This document shows positions 48,021 to 60,052 of a stretch of 64,000 nt of DNA, one piece after another. A model generated the notes under the pieces. That model was not told where the DNA came from. It did no database searches and saw only the letters and a program-made list of their open reading frames with translations. Position numbers and translations under genes: made by a program. How positions within the stretch are numbered: the stretch's first letter is position 1; each line of letters opens with the position of its first letter. Source of the stretch: Vitrella brassicaformis CCMP3155 (taxonomy: Eukaryota > Protista > Chromerida); assembly GCA_001179505.1 (NCBI GenBank), contig CDMY01000738.1, forward strand, positions 220,790-284,789. The letters are read 5' to 3'.

Positions 48021-51000
48021 GTAAAAGTGGCCAACAAGGGAGTTTTTTCGGGTTGTGTTCCTGTCTGTGGTGTGTGGTGTGGTGTGGTGTGATGTGTTCG
48101 GAAGACCGAAACGGCAACCAGTCAAGGAAGGATGGGCGGTTGGGATCTCAGGATTTGTCGCGTGTTCGCTCTGTTTGTTTCACTCTCTTTCTCTCTCTGT
48201 CTATGTATTTGTATCCTCACTAACTGATCGGGTTTGATGCTTGCTGGTCGGTCGTTTTCCGGGCCGTGCTCTTTGTCCCGCACAGGCCCATCCATTCCAC
48301 ATGCATTTATTCATTCATTCATTCGTGTCGCGTGTTGTGTGGCATCTTCCTTCCCCTTTCTGTCTGACCCATTTGCTGGCATTTTCCCCCACGCCAGGCA
48401 GGATGTGTGAGCAGGAAGGGAAAAGCGCGTGCAGAAGAGACGGACGGAAGAATGCTGGCTGACATACAGACAGGCAGGCAGGCGGGCAGAAAACAATGAT
48501 TGATGATGGCTGGCCTGCCTGCTGCCCCTGCTGCTGCTGCTGCTGCTGCTAAGATACTCACTCACTCACTCACTCGCTGAAGCTGGAGACTCGCTTGCTG
48601 CCTGTCTTGCTGGTGTGTTTGATGACCGGGGGAGGGGCTGTGGTGTTGCTACGCTACCTACACACATGGATACTTCCCCCCTCCCATCTATCTGTCTGTC
48701 TGTGTACATACATACCTACCAATCAGTGTCTTTCTCTACTTACCCTCGGCCGGACCACTCACTAAGCTATACATACATACGTGTGCCTGCTTCCGTTTCG
48801 GTCGGTCGGTCGGTCAGTGTGGTGTGGTGCGTGGGGGCTCGCTCGTCATGGATGCGTCGTCAACAATGGATGGAAGGAAAGGTGTGTCTTGTCTGTCTGT
48901 TGTCGCTTTTTCGCCAATGCAGCAAGGACCATCAGCCAGCCAGCCAGCCAGCCAGCTGCCCAGCCACGCACGCACACACAGCAATACTGAAGTGCCCGTC
49001 CGCTGCCTGCCATCCATCCGTATGGGGCGCCCCTTCATCGATCGATCCATCCATCCATCCCCTGTTTCTCTGTGTGTGTGGCTGACTGTTTATTGATTGA
49101 TCAATCATGACGGTCGGTGTTTTTCCTTTCCGCTCGTCCGTCCGTCTGTTCAGCCAGCCAGCCAGCCAAACAACGAACGCCTTTTTGTGGTTTTGCGTGC
49201 GTGAGTACGTGCGTGCGTCTTGCTTGTATGATGGACGGACAAAGCGGATGCCGTTGACACATACACAGAGAAAGGGAGGGATAGAGAGGCGAGCGGATGG
49301 ATCGCAGCGGGCAGGGGAGGAAGAGGCAAGAGAGCCGGCAGTGGCCGAGCGCGCGTCTTTTAGTGTCTGTCTGTCTGTCTGGATGTCTGAGAGCATCAAG
49401 TCCAGGGGCTGTATGGTTTCTGTAGGGTCCCTCCGTTTTCGTTTCGTGTGTTGTCGTGTGGTGGTCGCCTCGCTATAGAGAGAAAGAAAGAAAGCCCCGC
49501 CCGGTGTGACGCATGGTCCATCCGTCTGTCTGTTCGTCTGTCTATCGGTCTCCCCGTCTGTCTGTCTACAAACGTGTGCATGGGACTGCCCCGCCTTGCT
49601 TGCCTTCCTGCTCTGTATACTCGACCTCAGTGCATTCTCCACTCACTAACTCTGTCTGTCCGTCTGTCTGTCTGTCTGTTGTGTCTCCATTGATTGGCAT
49701 TGGCAAGAGTAGCGTGTGCCCAGCCAACCAGCTATATAGGAGGGAGGGGGGNNNNNNNNNNNNNNNNNNNNNNNNNNNNNNNNNNNNNNNNNNNNNNNNN
49801 NNNNNNNNNNNNNNNNNNNNNNNNNNNNNNNNNNNNNNNNNNNNNNNNNNNNNNNNNNNNNNNNNNNNNNNNNNNNNNNNNNNNNNNNNNNNNNNNNNNN
49901 NNNNNNNNNNNNNNNNNNNNNNNNNNNNNNNNNNNNNNNNNNNNNNNNNNNNNNNNNNNNNNNNNNNNNNNNNNNNNNNNNNNNNNNNNNNNNNNNNNNN
50001 NNNNNNNNNNNNNNNNNNNNNNNNNNNNNNNNNNNNNNNNNNNNNNNNNNNGGCGGTTGGGGGAATGGTGCATCATAACAATAGAAGCTTAATTGTCGTG
50101 TGAAGCGTCGCCTCTCATTCATTCGTGTCTATCTGTTGAGTGAGCTTTGTAAGTAAGACAAAGAGTGGGTGGTGTGTTTTCGCCAGGCAGCCAGCCTTCC
50201 AGCCAGCCAGCCAGCCAGCCAGCTAGATGGAGGCATTAGATGGATGGATGGATTTAGTCGCCCTCTCGGTCGCTCGCCCGACAAAAAGATAACGGATGGA
50301 TCAATGGATGGATGGATGGACGGATGGATGAGTCCTCGATGAGTGGCTGAATGGATGGCCCTTTATACAGCAGGGATGCATTGGATTGTCACTTGCGTGC
50401 TCTCACTTTCTCTCCCGTCCGTCCGTCCGTCCGTCCGTCGTATGTGCGTACGTACTTGCATACGCTGATTGCATACGTTCTGTAGCCGGTAGGGTTTTGT
50501 GACCGCAGGCGGCCAGGCCGTGCGCGGTGTGGGTGTGGCGCGGTGCGGTGTGTTTCACCCCCTCCCTCCCCCGACGGGACAACACTCGGACACTGTGTGT
50601 GGGGGCGGGCATCCGATTTTCCTTGTCTGTGCACAAAACATAAACATAACCATAAGCATAAGCATAAGCATAACGATAACCATGTCTATCACCAGACATT
50701 CCTGAGTAGCAAAGATAGCTATTTTTGTGTACGGGCCGAGAGACAGACCACTTTCTGTATGTGTGTATGTGTTTAAGCGGAGGGGTCCTCGAGTGCGTGC
50801 TATTTGTGTTTGTGCATGCACTAAGCAATGGCTACTCTCGAGATCTTGTGTGTATGTGTGTGTACGTGTGTGTCCTTCCAGCTAGATAAATCGATAGCCG
50901 TCCGTGTGTGGTGTGGTGTGGTGTGTGCAGGCGGCTCGCTTACTCTCTCTCTCTCTCCTTCCCACGAATGGTCCCATTAAGGCTGACAGTAGTTCTCCAC

Positions 51001-51484
51001 CATACCTGCCTATGCATCCAATGGATGGCATCTGATTCCCTCCCGTCTGATTGCGTACACGCGTGACGGTGGCCTAGCTAGCTGACTCCTGGATCAATGA
51101 CACACATGACACCCACGGCATGCCATGGCCCTCCCCTGCCTCTTTTGGCGCATTTTTGTCTTCGTGTGCGTGTGTCATCCGATGTCTGTAGGAAAGGGGC
51201 TGTGTGGTGTGTTGCGATGCGTCCACGTCCATGTGTGTGAATGAATGCGATGCGCTTTTTGGCTGCTTGGCTTGCATGTGTGTGCGGGAACCAACGGACG
51301 GACGGATGGGTGCCGATGTTTGTTGTGTTGTGTGTGTGGGAGGAAGGAAGTGTCCGTCCGTCCGTCCGTCCGTGCGGCCCGGTGTGTGTGTGCGTGTGTA
51401 GATGGTGCGTGTCCATGTGTACCAACAGTACCAATTAGAGCCTCAATTTAGACATTGTAAGTCGCCGCTCATCCGCAGAGTCAT

Positions 51485-53878
51485 TCACTCCATGAGCTCC
51501 TTTCCCCCTGTCTCCCCTTCAAGCGCTCGGGCACACAGCTTTTGCGTCGATTTTGAGCCCCCTGTGAGCCAGGCCTTGCGGCTCGTAGTCAGGGGCGATG
51601 CAGGCGTCACCCTCCATCTTGCCCTCATCAGGAAGTGGCACCAGTGTAAAGCCGCTCTTGCCGAGCCTGTCCGCTGGAGCGTTGCAGATGTAGAAGGTGC
51701 ATGTGTCTCCGCCACTGCCCAGCTTGATGCACAGCCCACCGAACTTGGCAGCGAAAAGGGAGACATTCTCAGTGACGTCGACCCACCGGCCAGATTTGCT
51801 CCGCGAGTAGACGTGCTGGCAAACACCTGAATGCAGAGAGGGTCCCGCAGCTGATTGTGCACGACGGTCGCCCTGTTTCAGTGCGGCCTACTTGCTTCGG
51901 TTGCTTCGGCTGCGAGGCCCCTGAAGTGGACGAGCCTGGATGAGTTAGCTGAGACGGATAGCGTGGCCAGGGTGGCCAAACGGATGAACAACACTCGGAA
52001 CATTGCAGCGAATATGGGGGATGCAGTGAATCCGTGGAGACTGGGGGCCTTGAATTCCTTGCCTTTTGACACTGGTTGCACGACGATCCTTGCGGTTCGT
52101 CCATCAGTGTTCAATCTCGACTCTCCTCACAAATGAGTGCGCAGACCTAGCCTGCCGACTTTCTGCCCGACGATACGCCCTGCCCGCCCCTTCGCGAGGA
52201 GCTACTACCCTTCCTTCCCCCTCCACATGGTCGAGACGGCTCGGCGTAGCTGTGCATATAGGGAATCAGCCATGAAGGCAGCCGTGGCTTCGCACATTCT
52301 CGTATCGGGGGGATCATTGGATCCGCTGGCTGCAACTCCACCAGACCAGCGCCAGGGGCATACGCATCGACAGAGGACGAAGATCGCACCTGAGACACAC
52401 ACACCCAGGGTAGCGCACATTGGCTCCTCGGTGCTTGTTGATGAGAGAGGATAATGCTCGCTGCACCAGGATGCTGTCTCTTTTCTTTGTGGCTGTCTTG
52501 TCTCTGGTCTCATCTACACTGACATAGCCGAAGGCTGCCTCAGAGGTCGCAGGGACGGCAACAGACAATGGTGCAGACGTTCCAACTCCACGAAAAGGGG
52601 GCGGGCGGACGAAAGCCGAAGAAGGGACACCGGGCCCGGCCGCATGTGCACTCGAGACCGTCCTTCCGCTCTCTGTCAGCCGCTGCCCGCGACTGAGTCT
52701 GGTCGACGAGGGAAGAGACGAGTGCGTCAGCTGCGCTAAAAGGAGATCCCAGCTCGTGTCGGGGGCTGCGAACGGGGCACTCGGAAATGACTCTCGCCTC
52801 AGCATCCGCGAAACATGCCCCGCCGTGGACGGCCTGCCACCGGCGGGCAGACGAGCAGATGCCGTCCCTCTGTGTGTCCTATCGTCCGTTGACAGATGTG
52901 GTGGCGGGAGTGCCCTGGTGACCGTGTAGCGGAATGCTGGCCTGGGTGTCGGGGAGGGAGGGGGTGAGGGGGAGGGGGACGCTGTATTGGATGAAGGGAC
53001 GATGGGAAGGTACTTGGATAGACTCTGGCGGACGTCTTGAAACAGGGGCACCCACTCCTGACAAGAGGCAGAGAGGCAATCAGTGGTTCGGGTAGTCGTG
53101 TCTCCCACCTCATCGACGAGCAAAGGCACTGGCCCCTCTGCTCTCCCTCTGTCGAGCTCGGCTGTATGGCTGTCCTTTTCTCGCGAATAATGTGTTGGGG
53201 CAGATGCAGGAGGAGAGCCCAATCCCGTCTCTGCATACGAGTTCAGCATTACATAGAGAGTCTCACATCAACGACCGGCATGAATGGTCATTCATCGCAC
53301 GAACCTTTTCCACTGAGAAGCATCTTGTAGAAGGGACTGGTGTCCGCTACAACACCCTCATCACCCGCATAATCGTCAAGGTACCTCACTGCAGCACCAC
53401 CCCCACCAAGTTGAGCCAGACATCTCGTTTTAAGCATCACAATGTCTCCCTCAAGCGCCTTCACGCCAGCCTCAATCTCCCCCTCCTTCCCTGCCCTCCG
53501 CTTGACGCATCCCGGCACCTGCTGTGCATCACATTCGTCCATCCACCGCTTCGCCAGCTTCTGCAGATGGCCGTGCGCCTGCGTGGCGTCCACGAGAGCC
53601 AGTTCACTCAGGCCCAGACAGAGGAAGGCCTCACACCTGAGCAGCCACAGCTCCATCAGGAACGCTTCTTCGTTCGCGAGCTCCTGGCCGTCTGCGGCTG
53701 CTGATGAGTGCTGCTGAATCAGCAGGGTAGAGACCACATTTGCCGTGACGGCGGGGTCGCTCTGCAGAGTCTGTCGGGCACTCTCCAGCAGAGGACCGCG
53801 TGACAAGGGGACACCACTGCCGTCATGACTGGTACCCGACCCATCTGAATGCGTCTGTGCGTCCACAGCATCCGCCAT
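51485..53878 (-). CDS. Hypothetical protein with an N-terminal TPR-like helical region and a Ser/Pro-rich body; 3' exons poorly resolved
   Basis: ATG at 53878. The helical segment LWLLRCEAFLCLGLSELALVDATQA resembles a TPR. Long microsatellite-free open frames occur at 53288-53878, 52540-53249 and 51485-51830. Confidence 0.5.
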
Positions 53879-53991
53879 TTGATTATTGAAGACTGCGAGA
53901 TCGAGTCTCCTGGCAGACGGGGGGGCTTGGTGGGGGTTACCGTCTCCGAGTCCGCTTGGAGCGAAAAACGAGTTCGTCGACGGTGATCACG

Positions 53992-56900
53992 ATGGATAGT
54001 AACGACGAGTCACAGGCCCCGGCAGCACAAGAAGCCACAAGCAACGATGCGGACCACATCAGATTCTCCCCAGATGTTGAGGCAGCTGACGACGCAAAGG
54101 ACAACGAGCATTCTGAAGCACCTGCCCTCAAGGCGGATGCGAGACGGGTAACCGTCAAGATCACCGAGCCGGAGGAGAGACAGAAAAGAGATGACAACAT
54201 CAAGAGCCCGGGGGGAGAGGTGAGAAGACACGCCATCGTGCGGCATGCGTCAGACCCCAATACCTTCGTGGTGTCCCATCCACGCCTGGCGAACATCATC
54301 TCTCACGCTACAGACAGTCCGACAGCTCAGTTCGAGGCCTGGGTGCTTCATTTCTTCCTGCCCACGAACTGGGTGGCGACGACGTGCAACGTGGCGTTGT
54401 TCCATCTGTTGACATTCGGGTTTATTTTTCTGGTCATGAACATCCCTCTGGGCCACACTGACGGCCATGGCATCGAGGAGCACTGGGGATTCATCATCTA
54501 CAGCATGATCTGGTGCGTCAGCGCCTGCCTGCATGGAATTGGATGGGGTGTCAATTTTGTCTGTCTGCCTGTCTGTCTGTCTGTCTGTCTGTGGGCAGGG
54601 CGTATTTCGCCGGAGCCTTTCCCCTGCAATTTCTCCCGGTTGGCCGAGGAAACACAGCCACCAGCATCATGCATACTCGTGTTGTGCCTTTCTCAGCGCG
54701 CGCTTGGCTTTCGCATCTTCGAGCCAATGTGGTTTTTGCTGATGCCCATTCTGGTCGGCATCGCCATGACTGTGGCCGTGTGGGTCAACCAAGGCCCGTT
54801 CCCTTACTCGCCGTCGGTGATTGGTACGAATTGATATCGCATGCTCAAAGCGGACACAGGAGGCGCATGTATTGCTCTCGGTAAATGACTTGGCGCCTAT
54901 TCAGGTTTGCCGTGTTACGTGGTGACGTGTTTCATTGTGGTGCTGAATGTGCCGGTGTCGTGGCGCGAGCAGGACGAGGCGTACCGCGACCAAATTGTCT
55001 ATGCTATACTGTACCTTTCCCTCCCCCCATGTACGTGAGACATGCGCAAAGACCCGCCATATTGCGGAAAAGGCTTCGTGTTCTCCCCCGGTGTCCGTGT
55101 CTTAGGTCTGTGCATATTTCTCACGCTCCTGTGCTGGCTCTTTTTCACATCTCCTGACTGGGCCAAGGTACCCATGCAGAAGGAGAAAGCGCCAGGCGCA
55201 CATGATCACATTGCGTGTGCCTTCAGGTTCTTATCGGGGCTATGATGCCGCTGGTCAGGAAGAACCTGAAGCCGCATGATCACATTGCGTGTGCCTTCAG
55301 GTCAGCGACTTTTACCTCATCGTGGGTCACAACTTCTTCCATCATCTGAACGGCTCATGGATGCCGCCATTTCTTGCCGTACGTAGCGAAGAAAGAGTAG
55401 ACAAAAACGTGCACATGTTGTGTCTCTTGCCTTGCAGCTAATCCCTTTCATGTGCACACTGACTGAGGTACAGCAAGGTGTTCATACATACCGTCAGTAC
55501 TTCATCTGTGACCATTTACCTGTGTGCAGTGCATCATCTTCCGCTCCCATGTGGTCATGTACGTGCTGCTGATCATCGTCTGCTCTTCCATCCTCTTCGA
55601 GATCCTCCTGCCCACACTGGAGATGGACAAGATGCTCTGGGCCTCGTTTCGGGTCATTTTCTCCGAGCTGGAGCGAATGCAGCTCAAGGGCAGAGGTTCC
55701 AAAGAGGACGAATCGGCCATCACCAAGCGCCTCAAACAAGACCTCAAAGAGGAGAAAAGAGCGTACAAGAAGCGATTCAGCAACTTCAGTATCAGCCGCA
55801 GACGCAGAGGTGCATAACGCGCGGCGCGATCCACCCTTACTGGGGTTGCTTGTTTTGTTTCGGTTCAGAAGGAGAGGATGGCTTGCCGGAGACCACACCG
55901 ACCTCTCCGTATAGCCCCGCGCCCGGCCTGTTCATCGACGGGCTGATCCCCAGCCAGAAGGCGATCTCCCCCGAGGTCGCCGCCCTGTCTCTCCACCTCT
56001 CCGACAAAACGCCAACACAAATCATGAGCAATCCGGAGAGCCCTGTCAGCGCCATGGCGGAGGCCCCGAGATACTCTCAGACGGAGCCTGACCTCAAGGA
56101 TGTGATGGGCAAAGTAGCTGACACGCTGCCCAAGAGGGCTGCATGGCGAGCCTTTTTCAAGAAGAAGAAAAAGGAGGACGACGGCCCGAAACACAAGAAG
56201 ATGGACCGCGCCCATGGATTTCTGGGCAGAGGCTTCCTGCTGACGCCCGTGAGCCACCTGGACGAGAACGAGATGGTGGAGGAGCTGATGCAGGATGCCA
56301 GTGACAGGTTCTCTGAGCGCTCCACGAACGTGGAGCGCCTCAACGTGCTGCATCTATCGGAGAGCCCCCAGCTCAAATCAGCACTCAAGGTCAGATCGCC
56401 AGTGGCGGAGAAAGAGAAAGAGACGAAGGCCGAGACCGCCGCACAGGAGCCGTCAGCTGCCATGGCTCAGGCGGCTGCCGCCACCGAGAAGGAGAAGGCT
56501 AAAGAAGAGCTGCACCAATCGACCAGGACGGTGGGTTCGACGGTCGGCCGCCGCGCCACGTATGTCTCGTCCCACCGCCGGAGCAGCCGACAGGTGGCCG
56601 TGCCCTCCAACGCCCTCGACATCATCTCGGCCGCCAGCCTCATCTCGCAGCGCAACGTCGAAAAGCAGACCCTCGAAGCGACAGATTTTCTCGACTTGAA
56701 CCTCCAGGAAGACGACAGCGAGAACGAAGAGCTCCTCGAGAGTGAGGCGGTGACGCCGGCGAAGGAGTTGCGGTTCGCTGCTGGGGCGAGTGAGCGGGCG
56801 CGGCGAGGCAGCCGGCTGAGTCTCATGCTGGCCACCGCGGGGAGGTCGTTGCGCAACTCTGTCCGGAATGCACCGGTGTTCGGCAAGCGCAAGAGAGTGG

Positions 56901-57290
56901 TGCAGGACGTGTACGAGGGATTCATCAGGTGAGCCCTCATGTCTCTGTCTGTGCTGTGCTGTGCCGAATCCACACACGCGTATGGCTGTATGTGCCCGTC
57001 GGTCAGGATGAAGCGCAAGGCGGTCCGTCCGGAGGACGAGATTCAGAACAGGACGATCCTGCAGCTGTGTCTCGTGCCGGAGATGATCACGCACCTTGTC
57101 AACATGCTCGCCACGTCATTCCGGGTTTCTACAGCCAACGCGTATTCGCATTCTGTTGCACACGTGTGTCCGATCATCGATCGGTTAGTGCGTGAATCAC
57201 ATGATGATGCTGATCGCCATGCGGTATTCCGTCAACTACGACCACTTTGACACCATCGTCGTCAGCGACTACATCCTTCACAAGGCACGC

Positions 57291-57329
<39 letters not shown>

Positions 57330-57850
57330 CGACAAGGCATGTTCCTTGCTCTTGCTCTCCCGTCAGGATTTGCTTACGATATCCTGCAAGTTCGTGCTGG
57401 TGACGTTGGCGTACTGGTCTTGCTGATTGCCGGCAGGAGATGGGGCAACAGACCCGTCCAGCTCATTGCACGCGTCAGTGACGTGATCTCAGACAGACAG
57501 ACAGACAGACAGACGGACAGACAGACAGACACAAACGCGGAGACACGTGTGTCTGTGTTTGTTTCTGTGTCTGCCTACAGGACAATTCGGGCCGTCTGCA
57601 CATCTACTTTCACATGATGGCCTTCTCGATCATTTTCATGACCTTTTTGTTGATTCCACATAACCACGTGAGTGAACCAATGCACCAATCTGGCTCTGTC
57701 TGTCTGTCTAGGTCTGTCTGTGTGTGTGTGTGTGCGTGTGTGCTGTAGATGGTGGTGCACCAGATGGAGATCGGTCTGTCCAAGGTTGCCAAGAAAGTCA
57801 AGAAGAGCTTCCTCTCCGGGCTGGTCAAAACTCAAGAAAACACCTACTAG
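53992..57850 (+). CDS. Multipass membrane protein of unknown family with a large internal acidic/Ser-rich cytosolic region
   Basis: Multiple hydrophobic exons (VALFHLLTFGFIFLVMNI, WFLLMPILVGIAMTVAVW, CYVVTCFIVVL, LCIFLTLLCWLFF, VVMYVLLIIVCSSILF, MMAFSIIFMTFLLI) flank a hydrophilic exon of about 350 aa (55870-56928). The stop is TAG at 57848-57850. Confidence 0.7.
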
Positions 57851-58520
57851 AGCGTGTCACTTCGCTGCATACACACACATATACAGGCAGCTGAAGGACA
57901 ACTGAGGGATGTGTGTCTTTAAAGGAAAAGGTCAATTTTGCTTGATTGGGGTCTGTGTGTGTTGGTTCTTTGCTTTAGCGCATAAGACATTGACGTAAGT
58001 GTGGGTGGTACGTATGGGAACAAAGGGGATCGGTTCATCATACACACCACCAGAAAGTCCGCACGAGAAGCGTTCACGCATCATGCATCCCAATTGATGC
58101 ATGTAAAAATCAGGAGTAGAGGCCAGCTGTGTCTGCATGCCTGGGGGAAAGTCGGGTGGAGTGTCATGCACAAACAGTCATCACCAAAACGGCGCTCCGC
58201 CGCAATCACGGGGAAACGCACAGAACCAGCCAGCGAGAAGCATCCATATCCAACGGGGGATGCAGTGCAATTGATAAATGAATAATGAATGCGCACAGAG
58301 CCAGCTGTACGTATGTCTGTGAGGGGAGGGATCGAGGGGCGGAGGGAAGAAGGGAAGAAGGGAAGGAGGGGTCAGGGTGGCTAGCGATTAAGTCTGTACA
58401 CACATTTGAGCACACCAGCTGACGTCACCACCACTACCCCACTCTCCTCAACTAACATACACATGGACACACTGTTACTTAGCTGTGTGTGTGCCGGTCA
58501 TGCACCGATACCTCAGCTGT

Positions 58521-59715
58521 CTATCGGTCAAAGACCATGGCTGAGATGACGGGCCCGAGAACCACACGCACCAGCCGAGTCATCTCAGCCACCAGATGGC
58601 GATCCATGCTACGAGGGGATGGCTAGCGTCTGTCAGTACGAGATGACGCATAAGACAGCTGAATCGTATGGTGCTCGTGCATCCCTCGACTGGTGTGTGC
58701 GGCGACTGTATCAGCATCCTGTCCAGCCGGCTGTGGTCGACACGCCTGAGCCGTGAAGACACATACATAGCACACGCTCTTGTGTCATGACGATTGATGC
58801 TTAAACAGAGTGATGCCGCCTCATCTGTCGAGTACACGGCGAATACTGTTGGTGGTCGCGTGAGTCGTCTTATTGAAGTGGCCGAAGAGGGTCCTCTTGA
58901 TGAACGACGACACAGACGCGAAGTCGGCGGCAGCCCGCAGCCTCCAGCCCTCGGCGTGGGAATATTCGATGCGGCTGCGGACAGGTGGGTCGTGCTGCTG
59001 TCGGTGCCGCTGGTAGTAGTGGCCAGCACGCGGGTCGATCTCGATCTCGAAGCCGTCCTCGTCCCTGATGGCCCGCAGTGTCTTCCCGTGGTCGAACAGC
59101 TGAAAGGTCACGCCGTTGGTGCCGAAGTCGATGTGGCGGCCGACCATCATCCGATGAGCCAACACACGCGGGGTGGCCAGATACACCTGCAGACACACAA
59201 CACATGAACACATTCACACACCGATTCGTAGACATTTTCTCTTCTCCCTCCATCTCTCCCAGTTGGCTTGCCGTCTTGTTTAGAAACTTGTGCAGATCGG
59301 TTGCAGTGAGCCTCACAGGCAGCTGACAGTAGCCACACTGCGCCGCCAGCGCAATCGCCTCCCTCATCTCCTCCCAGCCGCCCGCCTCCGTCACGCACAC
59401 CGCCGCCAGCAGGTCAGCCACACCCATCTGCTGATCGTCGAACACCAGCAGCTGCACTGCCTGCCCGTTGACCACCGGTCGCAGCCCCGCCTCTGTGCTG
59501 AGCGAATGATTGAGCCGCTGCCGCAGCTGAGCCGCTCTGAAGAGCTCTCTCAGCCATCTGCAAACTGCCCTCAGCCGCAGTATGTCAGTGAGGCTGAGCA
59601 AAAAGTAGGTGCGCCGACCGACGAAGATGTGCGTGAAGGGATGCTGATGTGTGTGCTGCATGGACGGCCCCTCGGCGTGAGCATAAGAAGGCGGAGATCT
59701 GCTCCTCGCCTCCAA
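58521..59715 (-). pseudogene. Disrupted member of a second lineage-specific F-box-like family
   Basis: The frame LLSLTDILRLRAVCRWLR...FDDQQMGVADLLAAVC...NKT|VYLATPRVLA...QSPHTPVEGC is recognisable. Intron 2 has an AT donor (58824), a stop follows VAWIAIWWLR, and the terminal MTRLVRVVLGPVISAMVFDR* lies in another frame. An LTR sits 35 nt upstream. Confidence 0.7.
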
Positions 59716-59749
59716 TCCGTTTCCTGTAAACGCAGCAGCGGTTTAGAAC

Positions 59750-60052
59750 TGTTGGAGTTGTTGTGTGGATAGCAGAGTCCCACAGATCACGAGCGTTGAT
59801 AAAAGAGCGGCAGAGAGGTCCAACATAAACAAGCAGGCAGGCAAACACGAAGGCGAACACGAAAAGGCACGTGGCCTTGGCGAACTGGGCTATCGGCGAC
59901 CCACGATGACATGCAGGCTGGCTGGGCTTATCGGCGACCCACTTACATGAAGGCAGAGGCAGGAAACAGGCAGCAAAGTCAGTGAACGCTCAAGTGTGCC
60001 AAAACAGTAGGTAGAGCGTTATGACTCGTAAAACACATGGCAAATCCCAACA
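59750..60052 (-). repeat. LTR copy C (TGTTG...CAACA) of a Copia-type element, with polypurine tract at 60053-60061
   Basis: Near-identical to 60829-61133 and 62389-62682. It has TG...CA termini with a 5-bp inverted repeat and is preceded on the minus strand by GAGGAGGGG. Confidence 0.88.

Noticed and set aside
50638-50680. (CATAAG/CATAAC)n hexamer run that translates as HKHKH
   Set aside because: A simple microsatellite in non-coding sequence.
48020-51400. YCAY-like (CCAT/TCAT) clusters downstream of the Nova-like KH gene as autoregulatory sites
   Set aside because: The same microsatellites occur throughout the window, so no specific enrichment can be shown here.
3110-57018. Many long antisense or alternate-frame ORFs in the track (for example 5869-7422, 30375-31634, 14631-15872, 56453-57094)
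   Set aside because: These are shadows of GC-rich coding exons, or run-throughs of microsatellite introns (CVCVC, HTHTH, DRQTDRQ, MDGWMDG translations).
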